Below, piece after piece: positions 10,324 to 19,638 of a stretch of DNA of 64,000 nt. Position 1 is the first letter of the stretch. Each line of letters opens with the position of its first letter. The notes below the pieces were generated by a model that was not told where the DNA came from, did no database searches, and was given only the letters and a program-made list of their open reading frames with translations. A program made the translations under genes and the position numbers. This stretch comes from Gammaproteobacteria bacterium. Its GTDB lineage: Bacteria; Pseudomonadota; Gammaproteobacteria; Eutrophobiales; Eutrophobiaceae. The stretch spans positions 2,816,001 through 2,880,000 of the forward strand of contig OZ220696.1 in the NCBI GenBank assembly GCA_965116495.1. Direction: 5' to 3'.

Positions 10324-11178
10324 TTAACCGTAACGCCCGGTTATGTAGTCTTCGGTCATTGTTTCCTCAGGATTGGTAAACAGCGTATTGGTGTCGTTGA
10401 ACTCGATCATCTCTCCCAGGTACATGTAGGCGGTGTAGTCGGATACCCTGGCGGCCTGCTGCATGTTGTGAGTTACTATGACGATAGTATAATTGGCCTT
10501 GAGCTGGTAAATCAGTTCTTCGACTTTCAGTGTGCTTATGGGGTCCAGGGCGGAGCAGGGTTCGTCCAGCAACAGGATTTCCGGTTCGATTGCAATTGCC
10601 CGGGCAATCACCAGGCGCTGGGCCTGTCCCCCGGAGAGTCCCAGGGCATTATCGTCAAGCCTGTCCTTGACTTCATCCCAAAGCGCCGCGTCCTTCAGGG
10701 CCTTCTCCACCACGGCATCCAGTGTCTGCCGGCGGTTGATGCCCTGGATCCTGAGGCCGTAGGCCACGTTTTCATAGATGGATTTCGGAAACGGGTTGGG
10801 CTTCTGGAAGACCATGCCGACTTTCCTTCTGAGTTCGGCCACGTTCACCGCCTTGGCGAAGATATTCTCTCCGCCAATCCTGATCTCGCCGCTGGTATGA
10901 ACATTGTCGATAAGGTCATTCATGCGGTTAAAACAGCGCAGCAACGTCGACTTGCCGCAACCGCTGGGACCGATGAATGCAGTGGCCTTCTTCTCGGGCA
11001 CTACCATGGTAATGTCCTTCAAAGCCTGCTTTTCGCCGTAATGCAGGTTTAAGCCGTTGACGTTGATACAGGGTCGTTCATCCGCCAGGGACAGCTTCCC
11101 CATATGCCCGGTCAGGGCGCCCAGGTTCACGGCGTGGGTGACTGGCACCGCCTCGTCTGTGTCGGTTCGATCGTTCAC
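10324..11178 (-). CDS. pstB: Phosphate ABC transporter ATPase
   Basis: Walker A 'GPSGCGKST', 'FNRMND', 'FQKPNPFP', '[10 protein letters not shown]'. Confidence 0.97.
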   Translation of the reverse strand: MNDRTDTDEAVPVTHAVNLGALTGHMGKLSLADERPCINVNGLNLHYGEKQALKDITMVVPEKKATAFIGPSGCGKSTLLRCFNRMNDLIDNVHTSGEIRIGGENIFAKAVNVAELRRKVGMVFQKPNPFPKSIYENVAYGLRIQGINRRQTLDAVVEKALKDAALWDEVKDRLDDNALGLSGGQAQRLVIARAIAIEPEILLLDEPCSALDPISTLKVEELIYQLKANYTIVIVTHNMQQAARVSDYTAYMYLGEMIEFNDTNTLFTNPEETMTEDYITGRYG

Positions 11179-11200
11179 GTATTCTCTATTCCGGTCAGTT

Positions 11201-12868
11201 CTACTCGGCTGCCCGATACTTTTCCCGCAGGGAGTTGCGGATCTTGATTGCGGCCAGGTTCAAAAAGATAATGATCAGGATCAATAAAAAAGCGGTCGCG
11301 TATACCAGGGGCCTGGCCGCCTCCACGTTCGGACTCTGGAATCCCACGTCGTAGATATGAAACCCCAGGTGCATGAATTTCCTGTCCAGGTGCAGGAATG
11401 GGAAGTTCCCGTCCAGCGGCATGGACGGGGCCAGTTTGACAACGCCGACAAGCATGAGGGGCGCGACTTCACCGGCGGCGCGGGCAACCGCGAGTATAAG
11501 TCCCGTCATCATCGCCGAGGCAGTCATGGGCAAGACAGTACGCCACAGCGTTTCGGCTTTGGTGGCGCCCAAAGCCAGGCTGCCTTCGCGGATTGCCCGC
11601 GGTACCCTCGCCAGCCCTTCTTCAGTGGAAACGATAACCACCGGCACCGTCAGAATGGCCATGGTCAACGACGCCCACATAATGCCCGGCGTGCCGAAAG
11701 TGGGCGCGGGCAGGGACTCGACAAAAAACAACTCGTCGATGGCGCCGCCCAGGAAATAAACAAAAAAGCCCAGGCCGAATACGCCGTAGACGACCGAGGG
11801 CACGCCGGCAAGGTTATTGACGGCGATGCGTATCAGCCTGGTGAACGGACCCTGCCGGGCGTATTCCCGCAGGTAGACCGCTGCCACGATACCAAAAGGC
11901 GTTACCAGCACGGCCATGATCATCACCATCAGGACGGTGCCGAAAATCGCCGGGAAAATTCCGCCCTCGGTGTTGGCCTCCCGGGGGTCTCCCGATACGA
12001 ATTCCCAGAGTTTCTCAAAATAAAATACGGTCTTGTCCGTGACTCCCATGGCGTTGGGCCGGTATGCCCGTACCACCTTGGAAAACGGGAGTTCGGCTTC
12101 CTGGCCGCCGGCAAGCACCGCCACGAAGGATGCCCTGTTCAATTGTTCATACAGGTCGGTGAGGCGCCCGGTATAACCGTTGTATTCCTCCTGCAGGGTG
12201 GCGCGCCGGGTTTCGACTTCCGCGTAAGCCGGACTGTCCGGCGCGACGTTGTCCAACGCCAATCCTCTTTCCCGCAGGCGCAGGCGTTCCATCTCGTAGT
12301 TGACGGCCCCTATCAGGTTTTTCTCGATATGGTGTATTTCCCCCAGGATTTTCTCACTCTCTGCAATGTATCGCAGGAAAGACTCCCAGTCCGGGTCCGC
12401 ATCCGTTACCTCGCCGTTTTCCTTGACGGCCTTGAGGTAGCCGTAGAAGTTCCCCCATTCATACCTCTCTACGGCCATGATGTTTTCCGGGTAGGACAGG
12501 TTATGCACGGCTGCATCAAGCACCCATCGGTAGTCGAAACCCGTGTAATCCCGGTTGCCGATCCTGACCAAGCGCCTGTCGATTATGTCAATGTCTGCCG
12601 GGATGCGGCTGTCATCCACCGCCAGCCTGGCTCGTGGCACCGCTTCAGCATCAATAAATTCACCCACCAGGGCAATCACGGACCCGTCATCGTCGATGTA
12701 ATCAAATGCCGCAACATTGCTCGGCCAGAAATGGCCCAGGCCGCGTACCATGATCAAGACGACAAGCCCGACCACCATGATAATGGACAGGCTGACCGCG
12801 CTGGCATTCAGCCAGATCCAGGGATCGCCACTGTTGAACCAGTTCTTGAATGATGGCTTAGCCCGCAT
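11201..12868 (-). CDS. pstA: Phosphate ABC permease PstA (long form)
   Basis: '[17 protein letters not shown]', '[12 protein letters not shown]', '[10 protein letters not shown]'. Confidence 0.95.
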   Translation of the reverse strand: MRAKPSFKNWFNSGDPWIWLNASAVSLSIIMVVGLVVLIMVRGLGHFWPSNVAAFDYIDDDGSVIALVGEFIDAEAVPRARLAVDDSRIPADIDIIDRRLVRIGNRDYTGFDYRWVLDAAVHNLSYPENIMAVERYEWGNFYGYLKAVKENGEVTDADPDWESFLRYIAESEKILGEIHHIEKNLIGAVNYEMERLRLRERGLALDNVAPDSPAYAEVETRRATLQEEYNGYTGRLTDLYEQLNRASFVAVLAGGQEAELPFSKVVRAYRPNAMGVTDKTVFYFEKLWEFVSGDPREANTEGGIFPAIFGTVLMVMIMAVLVTPFGIVAAVYLREYARQGPFTRLIRIAVNNLAGVPSVVYGVFGLGFFVYFLGGAIDELFFVESLPAPTFGTPGIMWASLTMAILTVPVVIVSTEEGLARVPRAIREGSLALGATKAETLWRTVLPMTASAMMTGLILAVARAAGEVAPLMLVGVVKLAPSMPLDGNFPFLHLDRKFMHLGFHIYDVGFQSPNVEAARPLVYATAFLLILIIIFLNLAAIKIRNSLREKYRAAE

Positions 12869-12897
12869 ATCTCACCAGTTGATGCGCCTTCTATTCT

Positions 12898-15171
12898 TCA
12901 TAGCGAACTGTATTTAACCCGGAGTCTCTGCCTGACGACCTCGGCAACGGTATTGAACAGGAACGTCGCCAGGAATAGCACCAGGGCGGCCAGGAACAGA
13001 ATACGGTAGTGGGTGCTGTCCACTTCGGATTCCGGCATCTCAACAGCGATATTGGCGGACAGGGTGCGAAACCCTTCAAAGATATTCATGTCCATGATGG
13101 CCGTATTTCCCGTCGCCATGAGTACGATCATGGTCTCGCCCACCGCCCGGCCGAAACCTATCATTACCGCGGAGAAGATTCCCGGGCTGGCGGTGAGCAA
13201 CACCACTCTCACTGCGGTCTGCCAGGGGGTTGCGCCCAGCGCCAGTGATCCCATCGTCAGGTGTTCGGGCACACCGAAAACAGCGTCTTCACAGATGGTA
13301 AATATTATGGGAATGACGGCAAACCCCATGGCGATGCCCACGACCAGGGAATTTCTCTGGTCATAGGTTATCCCGATTTCATCGGTCAGCCATAACGGCA
13401 TGTTGCCGCCAAAGAAAGCGATCTCCAAGGGCTGGCTGAGAGCGAATGAGACTATGCCCGTAGCGATGATAACGGGCAAAAGCACTACCGCTTCCCATCC
13501 CTCGGGGACTTTATGGCGCAAGTTATCGGGGAGCCTGCTCCAGCAGTATGCCGCGATGATCACGCTGAGCGGCAACAGCAGGAAACATAAAAACAGGCCC
13601 GGCATGTTCTGCTCCACAAACGGGGCAAACCACAGACCGGCGAGAAAGCCGAGTATGACCGTAGGCAAAGCTGCCATGATTTCAATAGTCGGCTTGACGA
13701 TATCCCGCATAACTGCGGACATGAAATAGGCAGTATATACGGCACCCATGATGGCCAGGGGCACGGCAAACAACATAGCGTAAAACGCGGCTTTCAATGT
13801 GCCGTATACCAGGGGCGTCAAGCTGAATTTCGGTTCAAAATCGCTGCTGGCGGAGGACGACTGCCAGATATATTCCGGCTTGTCCCGGCTTTCATACCAG
13901 ACCTTGCCCCAGATCGACGACCAGGAGATTTCCGGATGTTCGTTATCTATCTCCCAAAACTGTACCGTGCCGGTATCATCCTCAACCAGCATGGCATTTG
14001 CCCGCGGCGCCACGGCCAGTTGCGTCAGCCTGTTGTCATTGATTTTTTCCAGCTCCACAGTGCGGTGCGCAGTTGTATGATAAATTCCCAGGTAGCCGGC
14101 ATCGTCCGTCGCCAGGAAGCCCTTCCTGAAGTACTCCGGCGCAATGGACGTTATTTGCGCCGATTGTGAGTCAAAACTGCGTATTTTTTCCAGCGTGTAG
14201 TTATTCTGCGGATCGCGAACGGGAAACCATTGGATGATATTCCCGTCGGAATCGCCCACCAGGATTGAAATACCCCCGCTCAGAAAGGACAGGCTGGCTA
14301 TCTCCGCCGGCGCGCTGACGGCCTGGACCCGTTGCACCAGTTCCGGCGCCGCCTTGTCGCCGATATCGTAATAGGAAATCAACCCGCCCTGTTCGGTGAC
14401 GTAGAGTTCCCTGTGTTCCACGTCCATCACCAGGTGCGTGGCCTGCCGCCCGAACGGGATTTGGCTTTTTGTTATGGTGATTTCGGCCTCGTCGCTGAGG
14501 AACGATTCCTCTTCTGCAATATTCATGAGCAACAGGCGCCGGTCTTCCGTGAACGCGGCAATGGTGATCTGATCATCGTCCGACTGTGCCGCAACCAGCG
14601 TAATGGCGCGCCCCGACTCATCAATTTTCAGCGGCGTCTTGCCTGCGGGCCAGTCTATCCGGGGGAGAATGACGCGCACGTCATTGGGGTAGCTCACATG
14701 GTACTCGTGTACGGCGAGCAATACGCTGCCGTCATCAAGTCCCATGGCAAGCAGACGCTGGGACGGATCGCCTGCGGCAAACGCGGTGAACTCCGCCAGG
14801 GTCTCTTGCGCCAGGAATTGCTGGTGTACCAGGCTGCCGTCCAACGTGTTGAAAAAAACGATACTGCCGTCGTTTGTAACCCGCAGGCCGATCTCACGCT
14901 GTTCTTCCATGGCGTAGTACAAGCTCCCCGTGTTTGTGCCCGCCGGAACCGGGTAGCTTGCCACCTGTTCAATATGCGGAGGCTTGAACATTGGCACCAC
15001 CACGTAAACAAGGTAAAACGCTATAAGTACTATGGCGATGATGACGCTGGTACCGCCCAGCGCCATGACGTAGCGCAGCGCGACATCCTTCAGGTGGCGG
15101 TAATGGCGGTGCTTCTGCGCGGCCGCGGAGTTGAAGTCAGCCAGCAGGGATGTCTGGTTTGCCTCACTCAT
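12898..15171 (-). CDS. pstC: Phosphate ABC permease PstC (long form with large soluble domain)
   Basis: 'GTLKAAFYAM', 'GRAVGETMIVLMATGN', 'RTLSANIAVEMPE'. Confidence 0.95.
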   Translation of the reverse strand: MSEANQTSLLADFNSAAAQKHRHYRHLKDVALRYVMALGGTSVIIAIVLIAFYLVYVVVPMFKPPHIEQVASYPVPAGTNTGSLYYAMEEQREIGLRVTNDGSIVFFNTLDGSLVHQQFLAQETLAEFTAFAAGDPSQRLLAMGLDDGSVLLAVHEYHVSYPNDVRVILPRIDWPAGKTPLKIDESGRAITLVAAQSDDDQITIAAFTEDRRLLLMNIAEEESFLSDEAEITITKSQIPFGRQATHLVMDVEHRELYVTEQGGLISYYDIGDKAAPELVQRVQAVSAPAEIASLSFLSGGISILVGDSDGNIIQWFPVRDPQNNYTLEKIRSFDSQSAQITSIAPEYFRKGFLATDDAGYLGIYHTTAHRTVELEKINDNRLTQLAVAPRANAMLVEDDTGTVQFWEIDNEHPEISWSSIWGKVWYESRDKPEYIWQSSSASSDFEPKFSLTPLVYGTLKAAFYAMLFAVPLAIMGAVYTAYFMSAVMRDIVKPTIEIMAALPTVILGFLAGLWFAPFVEQNMPGLFLCFLLLPLSVIIAAYCWSRLPDNLRHKVPEGWEAVVLLPVIIATGIVSFALSQPLEIAFFGGNMPLWLTDEIGITYDQRNSLVVGIAMGFAVIPIIFTICEDAVFGVPEHLTMGSLALGATPWQTAVRVVLLTASPGIFSAVMIGFGRAVGETMIVLMATGNTAIMDMNIFEGFRTLSANIAVEMPESEVDSTHYRILFLAALVLFLATFLFNTVAEVVRQRLRVKYSSL

Positions 15172-15194
15172 GGAAGAATATGGTTGTGTTGGCC

Positions 15195-15218
15195 GGGGAT
15201 GGATTTCAATCTGTCCCC
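15195..15218. repeat. REP-like palindrome, family B (GGGGACRGAYTT..AARTCYGTCCCC)
   Basis: ggggatggatttcaatctgtcccc between pstS and pstC; relatives at 24436, 36857, 51671 (half), 63390. Confidence 0.65.
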
Positions 15219-15226
15219 GTTATTCC

Positions 15227-16213
15227 TCAGTTTCCGGCCAGGTCGAAAGCGCCGATCAGGGCAAGCTGCTTTTCGGCAACCTTTGCAGGCAGAGGAATAT
15301 AACCGTCCTTGACGACCACTTCCTGCCCGGTTTTCGACATGATCATCCTGATGAATTCCCGCTCCAGCGGCGCCAGGGGATCGTTCGGCGTCTTGTTCAC
15401 GTATACGTAGAGAAACCTTGCCAGGGGATACGTTCCGTTAACGGCATTGGACGGCGTGGCATCAGTGAACTTGACGCCATCCTTGCTCAGCGGCACCGCC
15501 CGCACGCCGGATGTCTTGTAACCGATACCGGAATAGCCGATACCGTTGATCGATTTGGTCACCCCTTGCACGACGGATGCGGAGCCGGGTTGTTCATTGA
15601 CGTTATTCTTGTAGTCCCCCTTGCACAGGGCCACCTTCTTGAAATATCCATAGGTTCCGGATACCGAATTGCGCCCGTATAACTGGACCGGCCTGTTGCC
15701 CCAGGCGTCGGCCAGTCCGAGCTGGCCCCAGCGCGTGATATCCTCGGGATGACCGCACTTGCGGGTCGCGGAGAACACTGCGTCGACCTGCGCAATGGTC
15801 AAGCCTTCGACGGGGTTGTCCTTGTGTACGTATACCGCGAGCGCGTCGATGGCCACTGCAACAGGAGTCGGTTTGTAACCGTACCTGGTCTCGAATCCGG
15901 CAACTTCCTTGTTTTTCATCTTGCGGCTCATGGGGCCGAAGTTGGATGTCCCCTCCGTCAGGGCCGGCGGCGCCGTGGAAGAACCGGCTGCCTGGATCTG
16001 CACGTTGACGTTGGGATAGAGTTTTTTGAATTCCTCCGCCCACAGGGTCATCAGGTTTGCCAGCGTGTCGGAACCTACGCTGATGACGTTACCTGACACT
16101 CCGCTGGATTTGCTGTAATCAGGCAGGTCCGGGTCCAAATCAACCGCCTTGACCGCTGCGGAAACAAACACTGCGAGGATAAAGGCTGCATTGAACATTA
16201 GTTTGTTTGTCAC
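15227..16213 (-). CDS. pstS: Phosphate-binding periplasmic protein
   Basis: '[10 protein letters not shown]', '[11 protein letters not shown]', 'GRNSVSGTY', '[10 protein letters not shown]'. Confidence 0.95.
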   Translation of the reverse strand: MTNKLMFNAAFILAVFVSAAVKAVDLDPDLPDYSKSSGVSGNVISVGSDTLANLMTLWAEEFKKLYPNVNVQIQAAGSSTAPPALTEGTSNFGPMSRKMKNKEVAGFETRYGYKPTPVAVAIDALAVYVHKDNPVEGLTIAQVDAVFSATRKCGHPEDITRWGQLGLADAWGNRPVQLYGRNSVSGTYGYFKKVALCKGDYKNNVNEQPGSASVVQGVTKSINGIGYSGIGYKTSGVRAVPLSKDGVKFTDATPSNAVNGTYPLARFLYVYVNKTPNDPLAPLEREFIRMIMSKTGQEVVVKDGYIPLPAKVAEKQLALIGAFDLAGN

Positions 16214-16300
16214 GACATATTCTCCCTGCGAGGTTTATTCAAGATAGCATTATGGGGTCAGGCCTAGTACTCGTTCAACTTAGTATTGAACAACACGTTT

Positions 16301-16318
16301 ATTAAGGAAATGTGACAG
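16301..16318 (-). promoter_or_regulatory. Putative Pho box upstream of pstS
   Basis: Minus strand CTGTCAC-attt-CCTTAAT. Confidence 0.65.
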
Positions 16319-16369
16319 CGGCAGACTCCGGTTGCCATTATCACCGATATTTCGGGTCGAGATATGGTG

Positions 16370-17689
16370 TCACAGCCCTGCCCGTTGAGTGGCGCGGGCA
16401 AGTTGAACCACCCGGTGTTCGGGTATAAGGCATTTTACTGCTGTGCCCCTGCCGGGCTCACTGGTTATGTCTAATTCGGTCTCGTGCTGGACCATGACGT
16501 GTTTGGCAATGGCAAGCCCGAGACCGGTGCCTCCCTTTTCCCTGGAACGGCCCTTGTCGACACGATAGAAACGCTCCGTTACGCGATGAATATGCTCTGC
16601 CGGGATACCCTCGCCGGAATCGGACACTTCCATACACGCGCCCGTTGCAGCGCGATACCATTTTATCCGGATTACGCCGCCGGACGGGGTATATTGCACG
16701 GCATTGAAGACGATATTGGAAAAGGCGCTGTAAAGGCTGTCATAATCGCCTCTCACCAGCAGGTCAGGCTGTGTTTCCAGGGAAAAGATATGGCCCTGCT
16801 TGCCGCTCAGGGTCTGGGCCTCGCTGTGTATCACCGAGAGCAACTCTGCCATGTCCACTTCAGTATCCAGGTTTGCAGAGTGGCTGCTCTCCAGTCTTGA
16901 CAATTTAAGCAGGTCCTCGATCAGGTTCTGCATGCGCCTGGTCTGGCTTCGCATTTGTTTTATTCGTGGCCGCCATTCCGGCAACAGGTCATTGGCTTCA
17001 TTTTCCACTGCTTCGAGATAACCGGAGATCACCGTGATGGGCGTGCGTAGTTCATGGGAGGCGTTGGCAATGAAATCCTTGCGCATCCGGTTGGCGCGCT
17101 GGATCTCAGTGACATTACCCGCCACCAGCAACAGGGAAGATTCCGCATACCTGGTGATCCTGATTTCCAGACTGATCTCCGTGTCCACCGGGGATGAGAT
17201 AACGAGACTTTTCGACGCTGAGTCCTTGTCCACGTCGGCGAGGTAATCCAGCAACTCGGGCTGCCTGATAATATGGGAAAAACGCTGTCCCCGGTCCCTG
17301 GGTAAGCGGACCCCCAGGTAATCGGAGGCTTTTTCATTGGCCCACTCCACGTGTCCGTAAGCGTCCATGACGATAACGGCATCGGGCATGGCCTCGGTCG
17401 CTTCCTCAAAACGCGACAGGAAACTGGTAAGTTTCTCCTCCCGCTGTTTATGGTGTGCGCGCAGGGAATCGATTTCCCTGATTATTTCATTGACGATACC
17501 GGGGGCATCGGGCGGAATTTGATCGTTACCGTTGCGCAGGAATTTGCTGATGTATTTCAGCATCCGGTGCTGCCAGACAAGACAAACCACGAGTCCGGTT
17601 GCAAGGCCGGCAAGGATATTACCGGCAAGCAGGCCGGCAAACCCGCAGAGGATAACTACGAAACTCAGCCGGAACAGGTCAGGACGCAT
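16370..17689 (-). CDS. phoR: Phosphate regulon sensor kinase
   Basis: PAS domain, H-box 'FIANASHELRTP', 'ERFYRVDKGRSR', 'GTGLGLAI'; adjacent to phoB and pstS. Confidence 0.95.
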   Translation of the reverse strand: MRPDLFRLSFVVILCGFAGLLAGNILAGLATGLVVCLVWQHRMLKYISKFLRNGNDQIPPDAPGIVNEIIREIDSLRAHHKQREEKLTSFLSRFEEATEAMPDAVIVMDAYGHVEWANEKASDYLGVRLPRDRGQRFSHIIRQPELLDYLADVDKDSASKSLVISSPVDTEISLEIRITRYAESSLLLVAGNVTEIQRANRMRKDFIANASHELRTPITVISGYLEAVENEANDLLPEWRPRIKQMRSQTRRMQNLIEDLLKLSRLESSHSANLDTEVDMAELLSVIHSEAQTLSGKQGHIFSLETQPDLLVRGDYDSLYSAFSNIVFNAVQYTPSGGVIRIKWYRAATGACMEVSDSGEGIPAEHIHRVTERFYRVDKGRSREKGGTGLGLAIAKHVMVQHETELDITSEPGRGTAVKCLIPEHRVVQLARATQRAGL

Positions 17690-17701
17690 CTGGTACCAGT
17701 A

Positions 17702-18391
17702 CTATTTCTTGGTGGAAAACCGGTATCCGACGCTGCGAACTGTTTGAATTAAATGACTGTAATTGTAAGGCTCAAGGGTCTTGCGCAGGCGCCGTATATG
17801 CACGTCCACAGTGCGCTCTTCAACATAAACGTTCTGGCCCCAGACCTGGTCCAGTAACTGCCCACGCGTGTAGACCCTCTCCGGATGGGTGATAAAAAAG
17901 TGCAACAGGCGAAATTCCGTCGGGCTGATCTCCACGATTTTCTCATCTACGGTAACCCTGAAGGTCTCCGGGTCCAGGGCCAACCCTTTTACGGAGATTA
18001 TTCCCTCGGCGTCCATATTCTTTGCGCGGCGCATTACCGCCCTGATACGCGCCAGCAGCTCCCTGGTGGAAAAGGGTTTGGTAATGTAGTCATCCGCGCC
18101 GGTATCCAAGCCGCGTACCTTGTCGGTTTCCTCTCCCCGTGCAGTCAACATGATAATCGGGATATCCCTGGTATCGGGGTTGTTGCGGATGCGTCTGGCA
18201 TAATCGACCCCGTTCATCCCCGGCAACATCCAGTCAAGCAGGAGCAGATCAGGCCTGTCATCGGCAATCAGCGGCCGGGCCTCTTCGACGTCCGCCGCTT
18301 CCCGGAAAGTATAGCCTTCCTTCATCAGGGTATACCCCAACATTTCCCTGATGGGGGCCTCATCCTCTACGAGGAGAATTTTGCCTTTCAT
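17702..18391 (-). CDS. phoB: Phosphate regulon response regulator
   Basis: 'LLDWMLPG', 'PTEFRLLHFF', 'VEERTVDVHIRRLRK'; ATG 18391 preferred. Confidence 0.97.
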   Translation of the reverse strand: MKGKILLVEDEAPIREMLGYTLMKEGYTFREAADVEEARPLIADDRPDLLLLDWMLPGMNGVDYARRIRNNPDTRDIPIIMLTARGEETDKVRGLDTGADDYITKPFSTRELLARIRAVMRRAKNMDAEGIISVKGLALDPETFRVTVDEKIVEISPTEFRLLHFFITHPERVYTRGQLLDQVWGQNVYVEERTVDVHIRRLRKTLEPYNYSHLIQTVRSVGYRFSTKK

Positions 18392-18434
18392 GGATTGTCT
18401 TTCCTGGAACATGTGATTATTACACAGATATTAT

Positions 18435-18452
18435 ATTACAACATCGTGACAG
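18435..18452 (-). promoter_or_regulatory. Pho box for phoBR (autoregulation)
   Basis: Minus strand CTGTCAC-gatg-TTGTAAT, about 45 bp upstream of phoB. Confidence 0.75.
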
Positions 18453-18525
18453 GCCAGGATAAACGGTAACCATTCGAAAACCGGCAGTAATAGAATTTAC
18501 CAAAAGAGCTTGACAATGACAGGAC

Positions 18526-18582
18526 GTGTCATATAATTGTCACATTGTCATAAAACTGTAATATTTGTCATATTTATGACAT
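18526..18582 (+). promoter_or_regulatory. Tandem Pho boxes upstream of the TPR gene
   Basis: GTGTCAT-ataa-TTGTCAC (18526-43), TTGTCAT-aaaa-CTGTAAT (18545-62), TTGTCAT-attt-ATGACAT (18565-82). Confidence 0.82.
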
Positions 18583-18619
18583 GCTAACTTGAACTTTAAC
18601 TTTTGTCAGGAGATGCGCC

Positions 18620-18988
18620 ATGGTTAAAAAAATCTTTGCAGTAAGCCTGTTGCTTATCCTGTCCGGCGCAGCCTGGGCTGATGTAACTCCACCGGTTAAT
18701 GACGCCAAAGGAGTCAAACACGCTTACCAGGCCAACGCCATTCAGGAAGGCAACCTCACACAAGCTGAACGGGAACTTTTGCTGGTTATTGCAGAAGACC
18801 CGCACAACCCCTACGCCCTGCTGAACCTGGCCTACGTTTACCAGCAATCCGGGCGCAACGACCAGGCGCGCATACTGTATGAGCGGGTGCTCGAACTGCG
18901 CGCCAACCCCCTGGCCGAGTTGTCATCCGGCAAACCGGCGCGGGTAAAACGTATCGCCCAACGCGGCATTACGGAAACAGGAAAGTAG
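18620..18988 (+). CDS. Small exported tetratricopeptide-repeat protein
   Basis: SD 'aggag'; signal peptide ending AWA; TPR 'PHNPYALLNLAYVYQQSGRNDQARILYERVL'. Confidence 0.8.
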   Translation: MVKKIFAVSLLLILSGAAWADVTPPVNDAKGVKHAYQANAIQEGNLTQAERELLLVIAEDPHNPYALLNLAYVYQQSGRNDQARILYERVLELRANPLAELSSGKPARVKRIAQRGITETGK

Positions 18989-19020
18989 CCGGTTCCGGCC
19001 GGATATGCTAGCACTGCGGG

Positions 19021-19476
19021 CTAACCCGGGTAGCAATCGGTGATGACGCTGCTCTCCCTGTTGGACCAGATCATCTGACCGATACCGTCGTCGGCAACGG
19101 CGAACAGGAGATGTTCCCTGCCTTCGGGACTGTCCAGCACCATGTGATAAGCGGCCGTGCCGGTCCCGGTATCCGTTATCTGCGCATTATTCCGACGTGC
19201 GCTCCATAACGCGACGCCATCAATAAGGTGGATGATGCCCAGTTCGTCCTGTATGCGGACCAACAGCAATTCGCCGTTTACCTCAGCCGGAGTTTCCCTG
19301 TAGATCGATTCGTCCGACAGGCCGGCTGACAGGTTTCGCGCAGCCTGGTTAAACCCGGCTGGGCTTTCGCAGCGGGTAATTTCCCGGGGTATCGGCAGGT
19401 CCGGCGCCGGTTCCCCGGGCATCTGCAGGACAGCCGCACTCAGAACAAGGATGAGACCGATTGTGGAATTAATCAA
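19021..19476 (-). CDS. Hypothetical exported protein
   Basis: 151-aa ORF with hydrophobic N-terminus, two Cys, TTG start; fills the gap; Pho-like box upstream. Confidence 0.6.
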   Translation of the reverse strand: MINSTIGLILVLSAAVLQMPGEPAPDLPIPREITRCESPAGFNQAARNLSAGLSDESIYRETPAEVNGELLLVRIQDELGIIHLIDGVALWSARRNNAQITDTGTGTAAYHMVLDSPEGREHLLFAVADDGIGQMIWSNRESSVITDCYPG

Positions 19477-19524
19477 AGGTGTTGTTTTTCTTTAAAACGG
19501 ATAGCGGAACTCTATTTCTTTTAT

Positions 19525-19542
19525 ATTACATTTATATGACGT
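19525..19542 (-). promoter_or_regulatory. Putative Pho box
   Basis: Minus strand ACGTCAT-ataa-ATGTAAT. Confidence 0.55.
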
Positions 19543-19589
19543 TCCCGGGTCATTTCTGTTACCGCGCCGATCTGTCGTTCGCCACTCAT

Positions 19590-19618
19590 AAAAAAGCCGC
19601 GCAACAGCGCGGCTTTTT
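19590..19618. terminator. Bidirectional-type intrinsic terminator after the lipoprotein gene
   Basis: aaaaaagccgcgc-aaca-gcgcggcttttt hairpin with A/T tails. Confidence 0.85.
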
Positions 19619-19638
19619 CATCAGCGGGAGGTACCCGG

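Noticed and set aside
11357-12853. 498-aa plus-strand ORF, and similar long ORFs at 14332-15312, 21913-22902, 28532-29605 and 60628-61539
   Set aside because: Antisense shadows of well-supported genes in GC-rich DNA; no recognisable motifs
11201-15171. Unusually long PstA and PstC as a novelty
   Set aside because: Long forms with extra soluble domains are the known Pseudomonas-type architecture
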